Part shown: positions 25,982 through 38,875 of the stretch, piece after piece
Layout of the letters: every line of letters begins with the position of its first letter
Numbering within the stretch: the stretch's first letter is position 1
Source: Phoronis australis
Lineage: Eukaryota; Animalia; Phoronida
NCBI GenBank assembly: GCA_002633005.1
Contig: NMRA01000205.1
Coordinates: 545,273-609,272, forward strand
DNA length: 64,000 nucleotides
Direction: 5' to 3'
Notes under the pieces: model-generated
Database searches by the model: none
What the model saw: only the letters and a program-made list of their open reading frames with translations
What the model was told of the DNA's origin: nothing
Translations under genes and position numbers: made by a program

Positions 25982-28900
25982 ACAGCCTGAAGTTGTTTAA
26001 ACCAGTTTTGGCCTATAGCATGATTTCACTGGACTATCTTTGTGCTGTAACATTACCTATGTCTACCTCTTTCTACGGTTGCGATTTTTTCCTTCCAGAC
26101 ATGCACTTCATTGGACAGTATTAGCCAGTTTCTGTACACTGATGGATTTTTTCAACGTGTTCTTGATGAAAAAATTTGATTGTGATTCCTAGATAATGCT
26201 GATGAATACTTTGCTTTACTATCTAAATTTTGTTTTTTATTATTACTTGTTTTGCACGCTTCTTGAGAGGTATGTCAGGTGAACAGTCCTGCAAGGAGAG
26301 ATGATGCAATGCAAAGAAATTGCGTATCAAAATGTAAAGTAAATTCTATGCATCCTTTAGACGTGTTTCTTTTTTGTTTTTTTTAATGAGTGATAAAAGA
26401 GAAACGCCTATATAACAGTTAATAAGATATTCATCAAGACTTAATTACATACATATATGTCATTTCCAAAAACACGTCTAATGATTTTTCAACCATGTCT
26501 GATGATTGTCAACGACACTACTGGCGAGTCATCGCCACTAGCCACATTTATTTAGAACTTGTAACTTCAATACCGCAAGTTCGAAAGTGCTTCGACTAAT
26601 ATCGCCGAAAAGCACGCCTGTAAATTTCGCCAGTCCACTTTGCCATCATTAAAATGTGATTACGTGTAATTACCACCTCGTTAATTACCTCTTTGACTTG
26701 TACATAATGATGTGTTCATTACAGTGTAATCTTGGATCATTTTTCAATATTGGCCAACCTCCTGCCTGTCCATGTAATTTTGATTGATGACGAGGATATT
26801 AAAATAACTGATTGAAAATGGTAGCATGGTATCTCTGACATTCTTTTGGGTGTCATGTTCAGCCGGTTCACAAGTCGGATGAGCGGACGGGTTTCTATCA
26901 GTCCATTTTCTTGACTAGTAGAGTGAAAGTGAAATAGTGCTTACCACGTTGCTCGTTCTAGGCTTCGTGTACCTTTTAAAAGGTCACGTACGGTTTAGCT
27001 TCACTGGCAAAAGGTCATGTGGTCTGTCCTTGTCTGTCATACTAAATTGATATTGCGAACATTTTTATGGAGATTCGTTCACTACAGACACTTTGGAGGC
27101 TCTGGCATATTTATCTTTGTTCAAAATTCAGTGCTCAAAACATCTATGCTGCAAATCATTGAGAACACAGTTNACAGCCTGAAGTTGTTTGAACCAGTTT
27201 TGGCCTATAGCATGATTTCACTGGACTATCTTTGTGCTGTAACATTACCTATGTCTACCTCTTTCTACGGTTGGGATTTTTTCCTTCCAGACATGCACTT
27301 CATTGGACAGTATTAGCCAGTTGCTGTACATTGATGGATTTTTTCAACATGTTCTTGATGAAGAAATTTGATTGTGATTCCTAAATAACGCTGATGAATA
27401 CTTTGTTTTACTATCTAAATTTTGGTTTTTATTACTTGGCGAAATAAATTTCGCCAAGTATGTTGCTCTTCCACTAAGTTTTTTTTTGGCTTGTTCGCAC
27501 GATACAGGTCGCAATTTTCGTCCGATCATCACGAAATTTACACATAACACGTACTTCCGGAAGTACTGGAAGCCTATTGTTTTTCGTCAAAATCTGATCC
27601 AAGATGGCGGCTGTGGCGACCGTTTTGTTTTCATTTAAAGGTTCAAATGCTTCTGGAAGCTACAATTTTTTGCGTAAAAGGCTAAGAATCGGCACAGTAA
27701 ATGGACCGGAAGTTTGCTACAACTATACCGGAAATTGTTTACTTCCAGTTGAAGATGGCGGGATTATCGGCAATCGTGCATGCGCACCTCGATTTTGGCC
27801 TAAAAACGTTTTCTCCTGTAGAGGGTGCATTATAAGACCAATTCCTTCGAATTTTTACAGGTATTAGTTTCTTATGACATGCTATTATACAAAGCCTAAA
27901 ATAAAAACCGGAAGTTGCTTTCAATATGGCGGATCTGGCGCATGTTGACCCATTTTCAGTCGTGCGGGAGTGCGATTTTAAACAGGAAGAGAAAAAGACG
28001 TGATTTTTTGCATGTGGATTCTTTGAAGTATATTCTTTCAAATGGCCTGTAACAAATTTTTTCTCAGACATACCGTTTTCGAGTTATTTGACTTTGAATT
28101 TCTCAAAAAAAACCGCAAAATTTCATTTTTTTCGAAAAATTTACGGAATTAGGCGATACCATCAGTTTAGATAGTTTTGAACGGGCTTTCAGAAGATGTT
28201 TTCCATTTTTCGCTAGGACATCTACATTTCGAGTTATTTGAGATTTTCTGATAACGCTGTTCCTTTGTTGAGTGCTATGGCTGCATTGATGTTGGTTTAT
28301 GTTCTATTGAACTAGACTGTAGACTATTTCTTATTGATTTATGACATCTAAGTTCGTGATATGAATGCTGTGATGTTGTTCATCATCGCCACCACCATCA
28401 TCATCTTCGTCATCATCTCCGTCGTTGTCTTTTCCGTTAATTTCGCCAAGTGTCGCTCAAGACTGTAGCCTTTTTCTTACTGATTTCGGACTTCTACGTT
28501 CGTCATGTGTATGTTATTATTACTTATTTTGTTCATCCTCGCTTCCATCATCGTCATATTCGTCATCTTCGTCATCATCTTTATCGTCATCTTTTTGGTT
28601 AATTTTGCCAAGTTTTGCTCCTCGGAGCGCTTTCATTATTACTCGTTTTGCACGCTTCTTGAGAGATATGTCAGGTGAACAGTCTTGCGAGGGGAGATGA
28701 TGCAATGCGAAGAAATTGTGTATCAAAGTGTAAAGGAAATTCTATGCATTCTTTAGATGTGTTTCTTTTGTTTTTTATGAGTGATAAAAGAGAAACACCT
28801 ATAGAACAGTTAATAAGATATTCATCAAGACTTAATTACATACATATATGTCATTTCCAAAAACACATCTAATAATTTTTCAACCATATCTGATGATTGT

Positions 28901-29562
28901 CAGTGACACTTCTGGCAAGTCATCGCCACTAGCCACATTTATTTAGAACTTGTAACTTCAATGCGGCAAGTTCGAAAGTGCTTCGACTAATATCGCCGAA
29001 AAGCACGCCTGTAAATTCGCCAGTCCACTTTGCCATCATTAAAATGTGATTACGTGTAATTACCACCTCGTTAATTACCTCTTTGACTTGTACATAATGA
29101 TGTGTTCATTACAGTGTAATCTTGGATCATTTTTCAATATTGGCCAACCTCCTGCCTGTCCATGTAATTTTGATTGATGACGAGGATATTAAAATAACTG
29201 ATTGAAAATGGTAGCATGGTATCTCTGACATTCTTTTGGGTGTCATGTTCAGCCGGTTCACAAGTCGGATGAGCGGACGGGTTTCTATCAGTCCATTTTC
29301 TTGACTAGTAGAGTGAAAGTGAAATAGTGCTTACCACGTTGCTCGTTCTAGGCTTCGTGTACCTTTTAAAAGGTCACGTACGGTTTAGCTTCACTGGCAA
29401 AAGGTCATGTGGTCTGTCCTTGTCTGTCATACTAAATTGATATTGCGAACATTTTTATGGAGATTCGTTCACTACAGACACTTTGGAGGCTCTGGCATAT
29501 TTATCTTTGTTCAAAATTCAGTGCTCAAAACATCTATGCTGCAAATCATTGAGAACACAGTT
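25982..29562. repeat. Near-identical tandem duplication across a single N (probable haplotype/assembly artefact)
   Basis: 25982-27172 (1191 bp) matches 27174-29562 (2389 bp), with N at 27173. The second copy carries a ~1.2-kb insertion. Confidence 0.9.
27431..28636 (+). mobile_element. Non-autonomous Helentron/DINE-1(HINE)-like element
   Basis: Absent from the other copy (empty T-rich site near 26240). 5' hairpin ACTTGGCGAAA-TAAA-TTTCGCCAAGT (27434-27459), 3' subterminal inverted copy TTTTGCCAAGT (28603-28613) followed by stem-loop GCTCC-TC-GGAGC (28617-28628), internal TCR microsatellite. Boundaries are approximate. Confidence 0.75.
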
Positions 29563-29736
29563 CTACTGGACTCCGTCATTTGAACTTGTCATTTCAACTC
29601 AAATCTCCAGTGCTAAAACATCTACACTGCAGATTGTTGGTGGGCGTTTGCACTTTCCCTCCTGAACTCCCACTCCATGGAATAGTTTTATTGAAATGTT
29701 TTGTTAATGACACATTAACTTGGGCATTCCCTCCGT

Positions 29737-29965
29737 GGGACCTGTTTCATGGTAGTGAATTAAATTTGTTTCCAATTCCTAATTGATGAAAAAGGCTTAA
29801 CCAAAGTTTTGACATCGTCTCAATAACTACCAGTGATGTGTATATTCTCAAGGATTGCACTTTTTTGCTCAAGTGAGATTTAATTATTTTTCACACACAT
29901 TTGTGTGGATCATAAAACCAAATTTCTGTCCTAAGTCGTAAGTCGCTTTTCATGAAATGGACCCC
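29737..29965. mobile_element. MITE, PIF/Harbinger-like
   Basis: TIRs GGGACCTGTTTCATG / CATGAAATGGACCCC with a 3-bp flanking repeat CGT. The right end (AAGTCGCTTTTCATGAAA) is the reverse complement of the left end of the 32759 element. Confidence 0.65.
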
Positions 29966-31944
29966 CGTCGTGTCTTTAGTGCTTCTCGGTCTCAGCTTCG
30001 CTTTTAACTACAGCCAGTTGGTAAACATTGATTTCCCGAGGTAATGACAGAGCCTGAATTTGTCCTCTCTCTCAGTTCTCCTTGAGGTACGCTCATTATT
30101 TCTGAAAGTCCAAGCCGCTACAGCTGTTGCCGGTATCATCACATTTTAACCTGTAGAAATAATTAGCTAAGTCCTACTTGTCATGATTACAGGTGTGATA
30201 TTCTGATGTTGTCATTAGGCTGTATGTAATGAGCAAATACGTGCGCGACGACGTCTCCCTGATTGCTATCGATTTACTGCCAACACTCAAGGTTGTTGAC
30301 TCGGGTGTCCGAGCAGAAGTACTGCACTGAGCACTAGTGCCTCACGCTGTCGTGATCATTGGGCACGCATCGTGCATGATTTGGCAAATGCACGTGTCTG
30401 TGTGCTAAGAAGATGTGCAGTACCCGTAAAATTACTGCCGCCTTATTTTTTTTTTTTCACGACTACCCGCACCACCTGCCAAGGAAAAAACAACGGAACA
30501 GAATACAGGACTCCAAACTGATTCATTTAATGAATTGTTACTAAGATTTATAGTTATTATTCAAAGGTTTGGTGAGAATGTAGAATTTCTTTGCTCGTAT
30601 ATTTGCATTTTTACAAGATTGCAGATTCTTTGCCTGCCTGTTTTTTCGAGCAATTTGCAACAAAAATAAATAAAAATATTTGCCAGAATTGATTTTTTTT
30701 GTTTTCAAAGTGGTTGCGCTGCCCCTCCTAAAATATAATATTGTGTGAGGGTAACTGTGGCGTATAACTTTTAACAGCTAAAGTATTTCTTTGATATTGT
30801 CTTATGTGACTAAACAGAAACCATATTTCCCTTATCCTGCATGTTGTGTCCTATACGTGTGTGATTTTACCCTGGTGAAAGACTGCATTAAATCAGTTGG
30901 CCTATGTAATCAGGGCTTAACAAAGTGACGTTCATTAAGCTGCAGCCTTCTTATTGATTTGTCCAGATCTGTGGTTGATTTCTCTCTGTGTGGGAGATAA
31001 AATTAGTGGTTCACCTGTTGATTGGTGGAGGCTGATTCTGAGTAAACGAGGCAGGCGTATTTACTTAAATATTTACAGAATTATAGATTTTAGCTCAGTA
31101 AATGTATAATTATATTTTTTGAAAACAGAAAGCCTGTGAAATTTGATTTTTGATTTTTTTACCATTCTGTCATTGATTGTCGCATGATCATTACATGTCT
31201 TTCAGTATCATTTAGCAAAAAAGAAAAGTACATCGACGGCTGAAGAATGTCGTAAATAACATGATCAATTTGATATAAACATTATTGAGGATATCTGAAA
31301 AACACTGTTTAAAAATGTGGCTTTTCGTCTAGATGAAAGAAGTGGGAGCAAGGGTTAGCTAACTTGATTTCTAAGCGCTTTTTCATGCCAACTCCTAGTA
31401 ACTCTGATACTAGAGATTAGCATCGGTGTAAACTGTGAAGTCTGTTGAACCTTGAACAGTAAGTTATTGTACTTTGGTGTGTGGGTCATCAGAGTTAACT
31501 CAAGACGGTGCCTCGAAAATGTTATGCAGGCGTATTTTTTATTTGTAGTGGTAGAATGGTAATTTGTTTTGAAAGACGTCTAATAATACCACAACATGGG
31601 TAGATAACTCCTTTGATACCAAAGTTAACTGTTCATGTCCAAAGTGTCGATACTCAACTGTTAAATTCATCTATTTGGTTCAAAGTTAACTGTGGCTGCT
31701 CATTCGATCCTGGACCAAAGCTAACTGTTTTTACATTGGGCACTCCCCTAAACATTGAAGCATTCACATTAGTTTATGACAGGTCCTTATGTGAACACTG
31801 AGTGACACATCTCAAATCATGAACAGGTAATTGAAATGATGCAGTGTGCTAAAGGAGATGATGAATACTTCCATTGTTAAGTGGAGAAACAAATGGGTTG
31901 TTTTGTGTGCCCTCGTGTGTTTTTCAACACACTCTTGATTTTGC

Positions 31945-32042
31945 ATTGTCTGTCACTGCCCGATTTTGTGTTTTGTACTGTCTCTCACTGCCCCCTTTTG
32001 TGTTTTACACTGCCTCTCAGAGCCCCCTTTTGTGTGTTTCAG
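31945..32042 (+). repeat. ~32-bp tandem repeat x3 forming the 3' splice-site region
   Basis: CACTGCCCGATTTTGTGTTTTGTACTGTCTCT / CACTGCCCCCTTTTGTGTTTTACACTGCCTCT / CAGAGCCCCCTTTTGTGTGTTTCAG. Confidence 0.8.
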
Positions 32043-32174
32043 TGGAGGAGAGGAAGCTGTTTGTCGGTATGATCTCTAAGAAAAATTCAGAAAACGAGGT
32101 GCGGACGATGTTCTCGCCGTTCGGCATCATTGAAGAGTGTACAGTGCTACGAGACCAGAGCGGTCAGAGTAAAG
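32043..32174 (+). CDS. CELF1/2: CELF1/2-like exon, RRM2 first half: (V)[43 protein letters not shown]
   Basis: TTTCAG acceptor and GTAGGC donor. RNP2 LFVGMI, strong family resemblance. Confidence 0.96.
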
Positions 32175-32758
32175 GTAGGCATTCATTGACCAGACAGGCC
32201 TGTCACTATGGCAATTCTTGACGGAGTTCTGGCTGTGACTGTGCAGTCTTGCAATAGTTTTAACATGATTTATGCAAGGTAAACGCGCATAGTGTCATGC
32301 AAACTTTGTCCAAGTTTTCCGGGGGCACTCGGGCATATTTTGGAAAAGTAAAATGTCCACATCCAACCTTTTAGATAGTGAGCACAAGTGACTGGGTGAG
32401 TCCCTTTTTATAGGGTTCTCGCTTTTTGTGGAGGTTTTAAACTGTGCAATACGCTGAATTGAATGAAGAAACGTCGGGCTATATTCCTTTTAGTGTAACA
32501 AGCCTTAATAAAATGTGATACTCTAGAGTTCCAGCTCAACAAGTGAACTCTGCAGAAGTAAGACATTTTGCCAGTTAGCGTGATATCTATGTACTTTAGA
32601 CTGAGCCAAATCCATTCTGTACACCTGGGTTGGAAATGACGAAAGGTTCCTTAAGCTTGCTGACCTAGGATCTGCCAGTCTGAAATAGTTACTCCTCAGT
32701 GGTCTTCACTTGAGTATCCCACAGTCTGGTGGTGGAAAGTCTACTTTTCTAATGTCTG

Positions 32759-33030
32759 GGGCCTGTTTCATGAAAAGCGACTTAGACTTAAAGTCAGAAA
32801 TTCGGTCTTGCACAACTATATCTGAGAAATAATCGTATGTCACTTTAGTAAGATTTCAAAGTCTCTGAGAATATACCCATTATAAGTATGGTAATTTGTA
32901 TACATTATTTCTAGGTTGTGATATGCTAATAATGATTACATGGCTATACCTTTATTCACTAACTGTGAATTAGGAACGTAAGACCGGATTTCAGTCTTAA
33001 GTCCTAAATCACTGTTCATGATGCAGACCT
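32759..33030. mobile_element. MITE, PIF/Harbinger-like
   Basis: ~33-bp imperfect TIRs (GGGCCTGTTTCATGAAAAGCGACTTAGACTTAA vs reverse-complemented AGGTCTGCATCATGAACAGTGATTTAGGACTTAA) and TSD CTG (32756-32758, 33031-33033). Confidence 0.8.
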
Positions 33031-33162
33031 CTGGTTTGCTTTGTCAGTAAAATGGTTTCTAAAAAATGCCAAAATTCGGTTAAGTTCACTCCGCTACGTT
33101 GAGGATACGTCAGTGTGCGCCAATTTTGTTTATTTCATTTTGCGTAACAATTGTATTTCCAG

Positions 33163-33242
33163 GCTGTGCTTTTGTCACATATTCCACAAAACAGTCGGCG
33201 CAGACAGCTATACAGATGATGCATCATTCACAGACACAAGAG
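33163..33242 (+). CDS. CELF1/2: CELF1/2-like exon, RRM2: (G)CAFVTYSTKQSAQTAIQMMHHSQTQE
   Basis: TTTCCAG acceptor and GTCAGT donor. RNP1 KGCAFVTY spans the junction. Phase 1 to 0. Confidence 0.96.
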
Positions 33243-33925
33243 GTCAGTGTAAGACAACACCAGATTGCATACGAGAAAAACAAAGATCAACTTGTAGATC
33301 TTCCGTAGCTTTGAATCTCTTTTAATGAATGATTATGCACCATTCCCTTTTCAGTTTGACTCATCATAGCTCTGGAGACCATTCATCACAATCCACAGCG
33401 TTTGGTGTTAGAATAAGCCCACTGTGTTTGATGTTAGAACCCCTGTGAAGGTTGTCTGTCTATTCTTAGTTTTGTAGTAGAAACTTAAGTTTGCCAGTCA
33501 GATTAACCTTTTCTCTAAGACATTTCTTTTACACATCAACGTTTAAGCAAACAAAATGAATGCAATCTGCAATTTCAGTCGTCAAAGCTGATTAAAAACT
33601 TCCGGTTCTCAGTGGGATCATGTCTTATTATTAATCATTTACGTTTACATAGACGTTTTCAGTTTATTGCTCAATATTGCTGTGGACATCAATGGAGTTT
33701 TACTTGCCATATTTTTTCATAACAAAATTTTAGGAAACACATTCTTTGTTAGAAGTATGGCTTGCACTGTACAGCTGACAATTAGCAGTCGTAGCAAGAA
33801 CAAGTAAAAAACGGTTTTGATTATTGGTTGAAAATTAGTAGCTAGTACAGTGATGGCTGCTCTCACAGTAGTAACTGAAATTAAAGCTCGTGGGGGTTTT
33901 CACATTTTGAATTTTGTGCTTTCAG

Positions 33926-34069
33926 GGTTGCTCAAGTCCAATGGTGGTGAAGTTGGCGGACACTCAGAAGGACAAAGAAGCCAAAAAAGTCCAGACAATT
34001 AATAACAATTTATGGCCGCTGCCAACACTAGGTGGCGTCAGCAATCTGACCCCTGCTCAATATTTAGCA
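33926..34069 (+). CDS. CELF1/2: CELF1/2-like exon, end of RRM2 and linker start: GCSSPMVVKLADTQKDKEAKKVQ...AQYLA
   Basis: TTTCAG acceptor and GTAAGT donor. GCSSPMVVK.ADTQKDKE is CELF1/2-type rather than CELF3-6 (GASSSLVVK). Confidence 0.96.
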
Positions 34070-34866
34070 GTAAGTCTCACTGTAAAGTTTATACCTTTTC
34101 AGCGTTGTTTGTTTCGTTAACTGCTTCACTGCTAGGCTCGCTTTTCTACAAGTAGCACAATTACTGTCAAATGTGCCCATCGGTGAGCTGGGACCTTTTC
34201 CATTCTTGGCCATGTTATTTACTTCTGCTTCCTTGTCTAGTGTTTAAGTGCAAGCAAGTGTCTCTCAATAATGTTCATAAGTTGAAATTATATCGTCAAC
34301 TTTAACTAGTCGGCTATCGACTCGTTCTTGACTTCACTCAAATATTGTGCATACAACAATGTGTGCACCATGCTTTACTCAGTCACAATTGTGCCTACAG
34401 CGTCTGCACCATACTTAGCTCTAACAGTCACTCGAATGTTTACACTTATCCTTCTTTTGGACGCATGCACCTAATTGTATACACTGCACAGATCACGAAT
34501 TTTGTCCGACTGTAAGCTTTTGTGTGTTCTTTGTCTTGCCACACCCATGTTTTGTTATTTTATTTTTTTTTGATTTTCATTAATTTGAAATGTGGCTTTA
34601 TTACATGCGCAGGAATTTAAAAAGTATGTTTCAGATTGTGATGTTAATATGATACTTATCCTGGATTTGCAACTCTTGTTAGGACCACATTGGGGTCCGA
34701 GCTAGTACCCTCTAGCAGGCCGTTGCTTGTCTGGTCTGAGTTGGCTAGACGACAGATAGATGACCAGTCGGACAAAAATTCATGGCACGTGCAGATTGTG
34801 CCTTTCTGAGCGTATTAGCTGATTTTTGCTGTCATTATTGTTTTTGTTCCTTCTCTTTTCCCACAG

Positions 34867-34927
34867 TTACTTCAACAGACAGCGACTGGAGGTAACGTCG
34901 GTGCTATGACCAATGTTGGTAATCTTG
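34867..34927 (+). CDS. CELF1/2: CELF linker exon: LLQQTATGGNVGAMTNVGNL
   Basis: Long pyrimidine tract + CACAG, GTAAGT donor. Completes the QYLALLQQ motif. Phase 0 to 1. Confidence 0.9.
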
Positions 34928-36508
34928 GTAAGTCTCACCGTACATGCTGTTAGCGCCACAGTCTGCCTCTCAGTCAACATGCAGCTTCTGATCCTGTATT
35001 ACTTTCCCAACACTTGCTGGTAGTCTTTTAATGTACACCAGGGTGGTCGGTGCTGTCTTGTTCTAGAGACATAATTTTCTATGTCTAGAGCTTCTTGTCA
35101 TGACCAATCTCTCTTCTAGCTCTAATTTGGGATGTCTGACTCTGCAATACGCGTTAGCATGAAAGCCCATGTTGGCTTTTAGGTTCGGCACAGTTGAGGA
35201 GTTAGGCGTCCTAGCAGCTCACGCAATTGTCAGTAAATGCAGCACATGAGTCACATCAAGGCATGCACAATCTGGTGATCTCAAGCGTCTAGCTTATTCA
35301 GCTGTCGTAGGCACAGGGCAGATAGAAAACTACAAACTTTGTCCTACTGCCTCAAGTTAGCTGAGCACACAGCTCGCATCAAGTAGTGAAAATGCTGTGG
35401 TATTTGAAAGAACTAATTGATAGTTCTATCAACTGTTCACACCTTGACGTGGGCTATGTGTTCAGCTAATCTTTGCTCGAGGTAGTCAGCCGAGCTCATA
35501 GATCTCCGGCTACGCTGCGCATTCAAGTTTCATCCTTTGATCTGAGTTGTGCGCTGAGTTAACCTTCACCTGTAGCAACTTGCGAGCAAGGACTGCTCTT
35601 TGCCTGGACTACTGTACACTCGACTAGACTCATAACAATTAGTCTTTGGCTGTAAATTAAGGATAAATATCTGAAGAAAAAGTATCGGAAATTCTCGTAG
35701 GCGACGATTGGATTTTAGTCACATATTGTGGTCACAATTTCATTGAAATGATTTTGTAATTAATCTTGAAATGTCTACAGTGGCTTTTTTGCATGTTATT
35801 TATCCTCGGTCTAGCAAATTTTCACTCTTGCTTTAACATTTAAGCTAATTCAAAAAGTTTCGGGGATCCTCTGCTATATATTACTTGCTCCCACGTCCCT
35901 TCTTTCAAAGCCAAGTGTGTTTAGTGTGCACGGCTTTGCTGGTCAGTTATTGGCGATCTTCTAAATGTTCGGTCTTTGCACTGTCGCCAAAAAGCAATGT
36001 CTAACTCATTGTTACATGTCGTTGAGGAAGAGTTATGCAGCTTTTTAGTGCTAGCTCGGTGGTTTGAGGAGATGGGACGGCTGTATGTGTGTGTGTGTTT
36101 AGGCCTATGCACCTATTTCTGGAATTCGGCACGTGCCAATATGGAAAGCCCTTGAGAAAAATCCACTTTTTGTACAACATTCTGTGGCTGAAACTCGTCT
36201 AACTCATACAAAATGATAGATACTGACACGCGTTGTATTTTAAATTTGAATTTAAATGAAATTTTCTAAAAAGCATTCAGAATGGACAAATAGAAAGCAG
36301 GAAGATCTGGACACATGCCCTGCTAGCTGCCTGCACCTATAACTGAAACGGGGCTGCATGAGGAACATTTGAGAGCAAAATATCTAAAAAAATCATTTCG
36401 TATTTAGGCGCATGGGCCCAAACATGCGCATGTACGGTAAATCAAGCTAACTGTGTCCTTGGAGCTGGAAAACGTAACTGCTAGGCTTATCAAAGTGTTG
36501 TCTTGTAG

Positions 36509-36583
36509 GCCTCAACTCGCTAACAGTGCAACAGTTACTAGCGTCAGCGGCTGCTGCCTCTGCTGCTGCCAGCAGTAACCCAG
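36509..36583 (+). CDS. CELF1/2: CELF linker exon (75 nt): (G)LNSLTVQQLLASAAAASAAASSNP
   Basis: TCTTGTAG acceptor and CAG/GTACTC donor. Open in phase 1, Ala/Gln/Leu-rich like CELF linkers. Confidence 0.85.
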
Positions 36584-37654
36584 GTACTCCATCTGTTGAC
36601 GTATTATTCAGTTTTTGTCTGCTTCGGTGTTTTTGTTCCAAGTAACCGCTTAGCAGTCGCTTGCTGTACTAACTTATTGGTTGTCCGTGTTTATGCAAAT
36701 AGGTCATTGTATACAAAAAGCAGAGACTGAATGAAAAATCTGGGGTTCAGGGATCTGTTCTAATTTGCCAGCTGCCTGGTGGTCAGATAATGGTATTCGT
36801 CAACAGGATGGTTCATAGTCAATTACAGTGGTCTCAGATTCCGAGAACCTGCTGGAAGCCAGATATTCAGTGGAGAAACTGGTTCTCAAAATGCTAGGCC
36901 CCTGTAAATGACTATTTCCACGGGGTTCACAGGAGCCATTTTCTAGACTAGACTAATAAGTGCCTACGATGGGCGATAGCCTTGCTTGCAGTTTTTCTGC
37001 CGTGTACACTAGTTTTCAAAATAGATAGACGTTTGTTGACAGAATTTTGTCAAACAATAAAATTAACCTTCTTGCCAGAATTATTAAGTGGTTTAGTCAA
37101 ACTTTTGTCACTGTAAAATGGGATTTTAATATTTGGCCTCCAAAAGCTTGAATTTTCAACGAAACCAGTTCAAATCTATCCATCATAAATGCTGTGTACA
37201 TTTTTTTGTTAAAGGCCAATTCAAAATTTAAAACCTGGCTTGGTATTTGTTAAAAGACAGATTTTCTCAATACTGTTATTGTCGGTTTAATAGCATGCTA
37301 AGTGTGTTCTTGTCTGCTTCATCACCTACACTCTGCCTGCACGGTTTGTACCAAATGTATGGTGAAATCTTACCTATTTTGGACAAAAATAATCGCTGAA
37401 ATTGATCTTTTTTTTTCCAATTTTAAAAAACTTATCCATGAACTGTGAATGCTTGCAGTTTCTTATAATGTCTAGGGAGAAGTACTGGTATGAAACTCGT
37501 GATATACTCTAGCATGAATAGATGAAAGAATAACATTTCACTTGTCTGCCATATTGTGTCCTGCCTTAGTGAGAGCTTACCGTTACTTCCCTGTGTATTT
37601 TTGTGTGCGTGTGCATCTCTCTCCACCTCTACATCTGGCCGCGTCTTTACGCAG

Positions 37655-37717
37655 GTCTGGCTAGCATCTTGGCTGGACTGGGCACCGCCCTTCAGCAGGC
37701 CAACACCAACCCAAGAG
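37655..37717 (+). CDS. CELF1/2: CELF linker exon (63 nt): (G)LASILAGLGTALQQANTNPR
   Basis: CTTTACGCAG acceptor and GAG/GTATCG donor. Phase 1-1, GC-rich island within AT-rich intron. Confidence 0.78.
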
Positions 37718-38800
37718 GTATCGCTCTTTTTACTTTTGACGTTGAAGGAATGCAAGTCAAGTTGACAAGCGAACACGTATCTTTGCCCAGTATGTGTCAG
37801 TCCACCAGAAATTTGAGTTACCTCTTCTGTCCACGAATCCTCCTCAAAATTGCGCCTCTGCATAATATGGTATTTCATCAAAACAACTCTTGGTAAAGTT
37901 TTCTGCAAACTCTGATCAGCAAAATTCATGCCACTGCGCGCCTCTTGGTGTAGTGGTAATGAAGCCTACCATATCCATTTGCCCATGGAGTGTCTCAGTT
38001 ATTGAAAACATGAACTGTGTCGACTTGATGATGTATCCCTGGCTTGATTCTTCCTCTTATGTTCTGTTAGTTTTTTGTGTTGTGCAGTGGAATTTACTAA
38101 AGACTGCTTGAATGTATATGCACTGCAAGTTGATGTTCTGTGTTTTAATATCTAAAGCATTTTTATGTCTTTTGCGTTTCTAATTTTGTCCAAGTGTGAA
38201 TTGGCAGCAAAATGTGATGAAATATATTTGCGATTGGTGAAGACGTTCTGTTGTTTCGTTGAAGTTTAACTATATCCACCGGCTGCTCATTGGGATAATT
38301 CTAGTCAAACTTGAAATTATTTTTGACCTTTTCCGTTGTATTAAGTGTGAGGATTCAAGACATATGTTGAGTATTCTGTGCTAAAGTGGTTCAGTTAGAG
38401 GACTATCCAACCCTAGTTTGCACTTAGTAATCCCACTATGAAAGCAGTGAATGCTGAACTCCAGTTTGCAGCTTGAACCTATGGGTCATTCAAGCACAAA
38501 TTGGGAGTAGACAGTTGTGCACCTAAACGGTAATGTTTTTTAGCACAGAATAATCTACATATCTTGAAATCTCGAAGTAATAGAATGGAAAAGGACAATT
38601 TAAAATAATTTTTAAGTCCGTTTTCGAGTACAAAGATTGAATCCTGCCCTCAGATGCTGAAACGACGAACCTTTCTTTGATAGCTACACCTGGTGAGCAT
38701 CATGTTGACCATTTCCAGTGGTGTAACAGTTGGTAAGCAACTGTGAATCTAGCAAATGTCACTCGACAAAACCTTACAGTTGTCACGTTGTCATTTCCAG

Positions 38801-38875
38801 GAGATGTGAATGGTCTCCAAAGTCTACAGAATGTACAGAACCTTGCCGCCCTGGCTGGACTAAATGGTAGCCCAA
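38801..38875 (+). CDS. CELF1/2: CELF linker exon (75 nt): (G)DVNGLQSLQNVQNLAALAGLNGSP
   Basis: TTTCCAG acceptor and GTAAGT donor. Contains the CELF QNLAALA motif. Phase 1-1. Confidence 0.88.

Noticed and set aside
28425-28726. Ser-rich and Asp/Glu-rich ORFs
   Set aside because: Translation of a TCR microsatellite inside a repeat element.
37432-37929. 165-aa minus-strand ORF (also 36447-36641, 39975-40211, 47211-47444)
   Set aside because: Antisense shadows of CELF exons.
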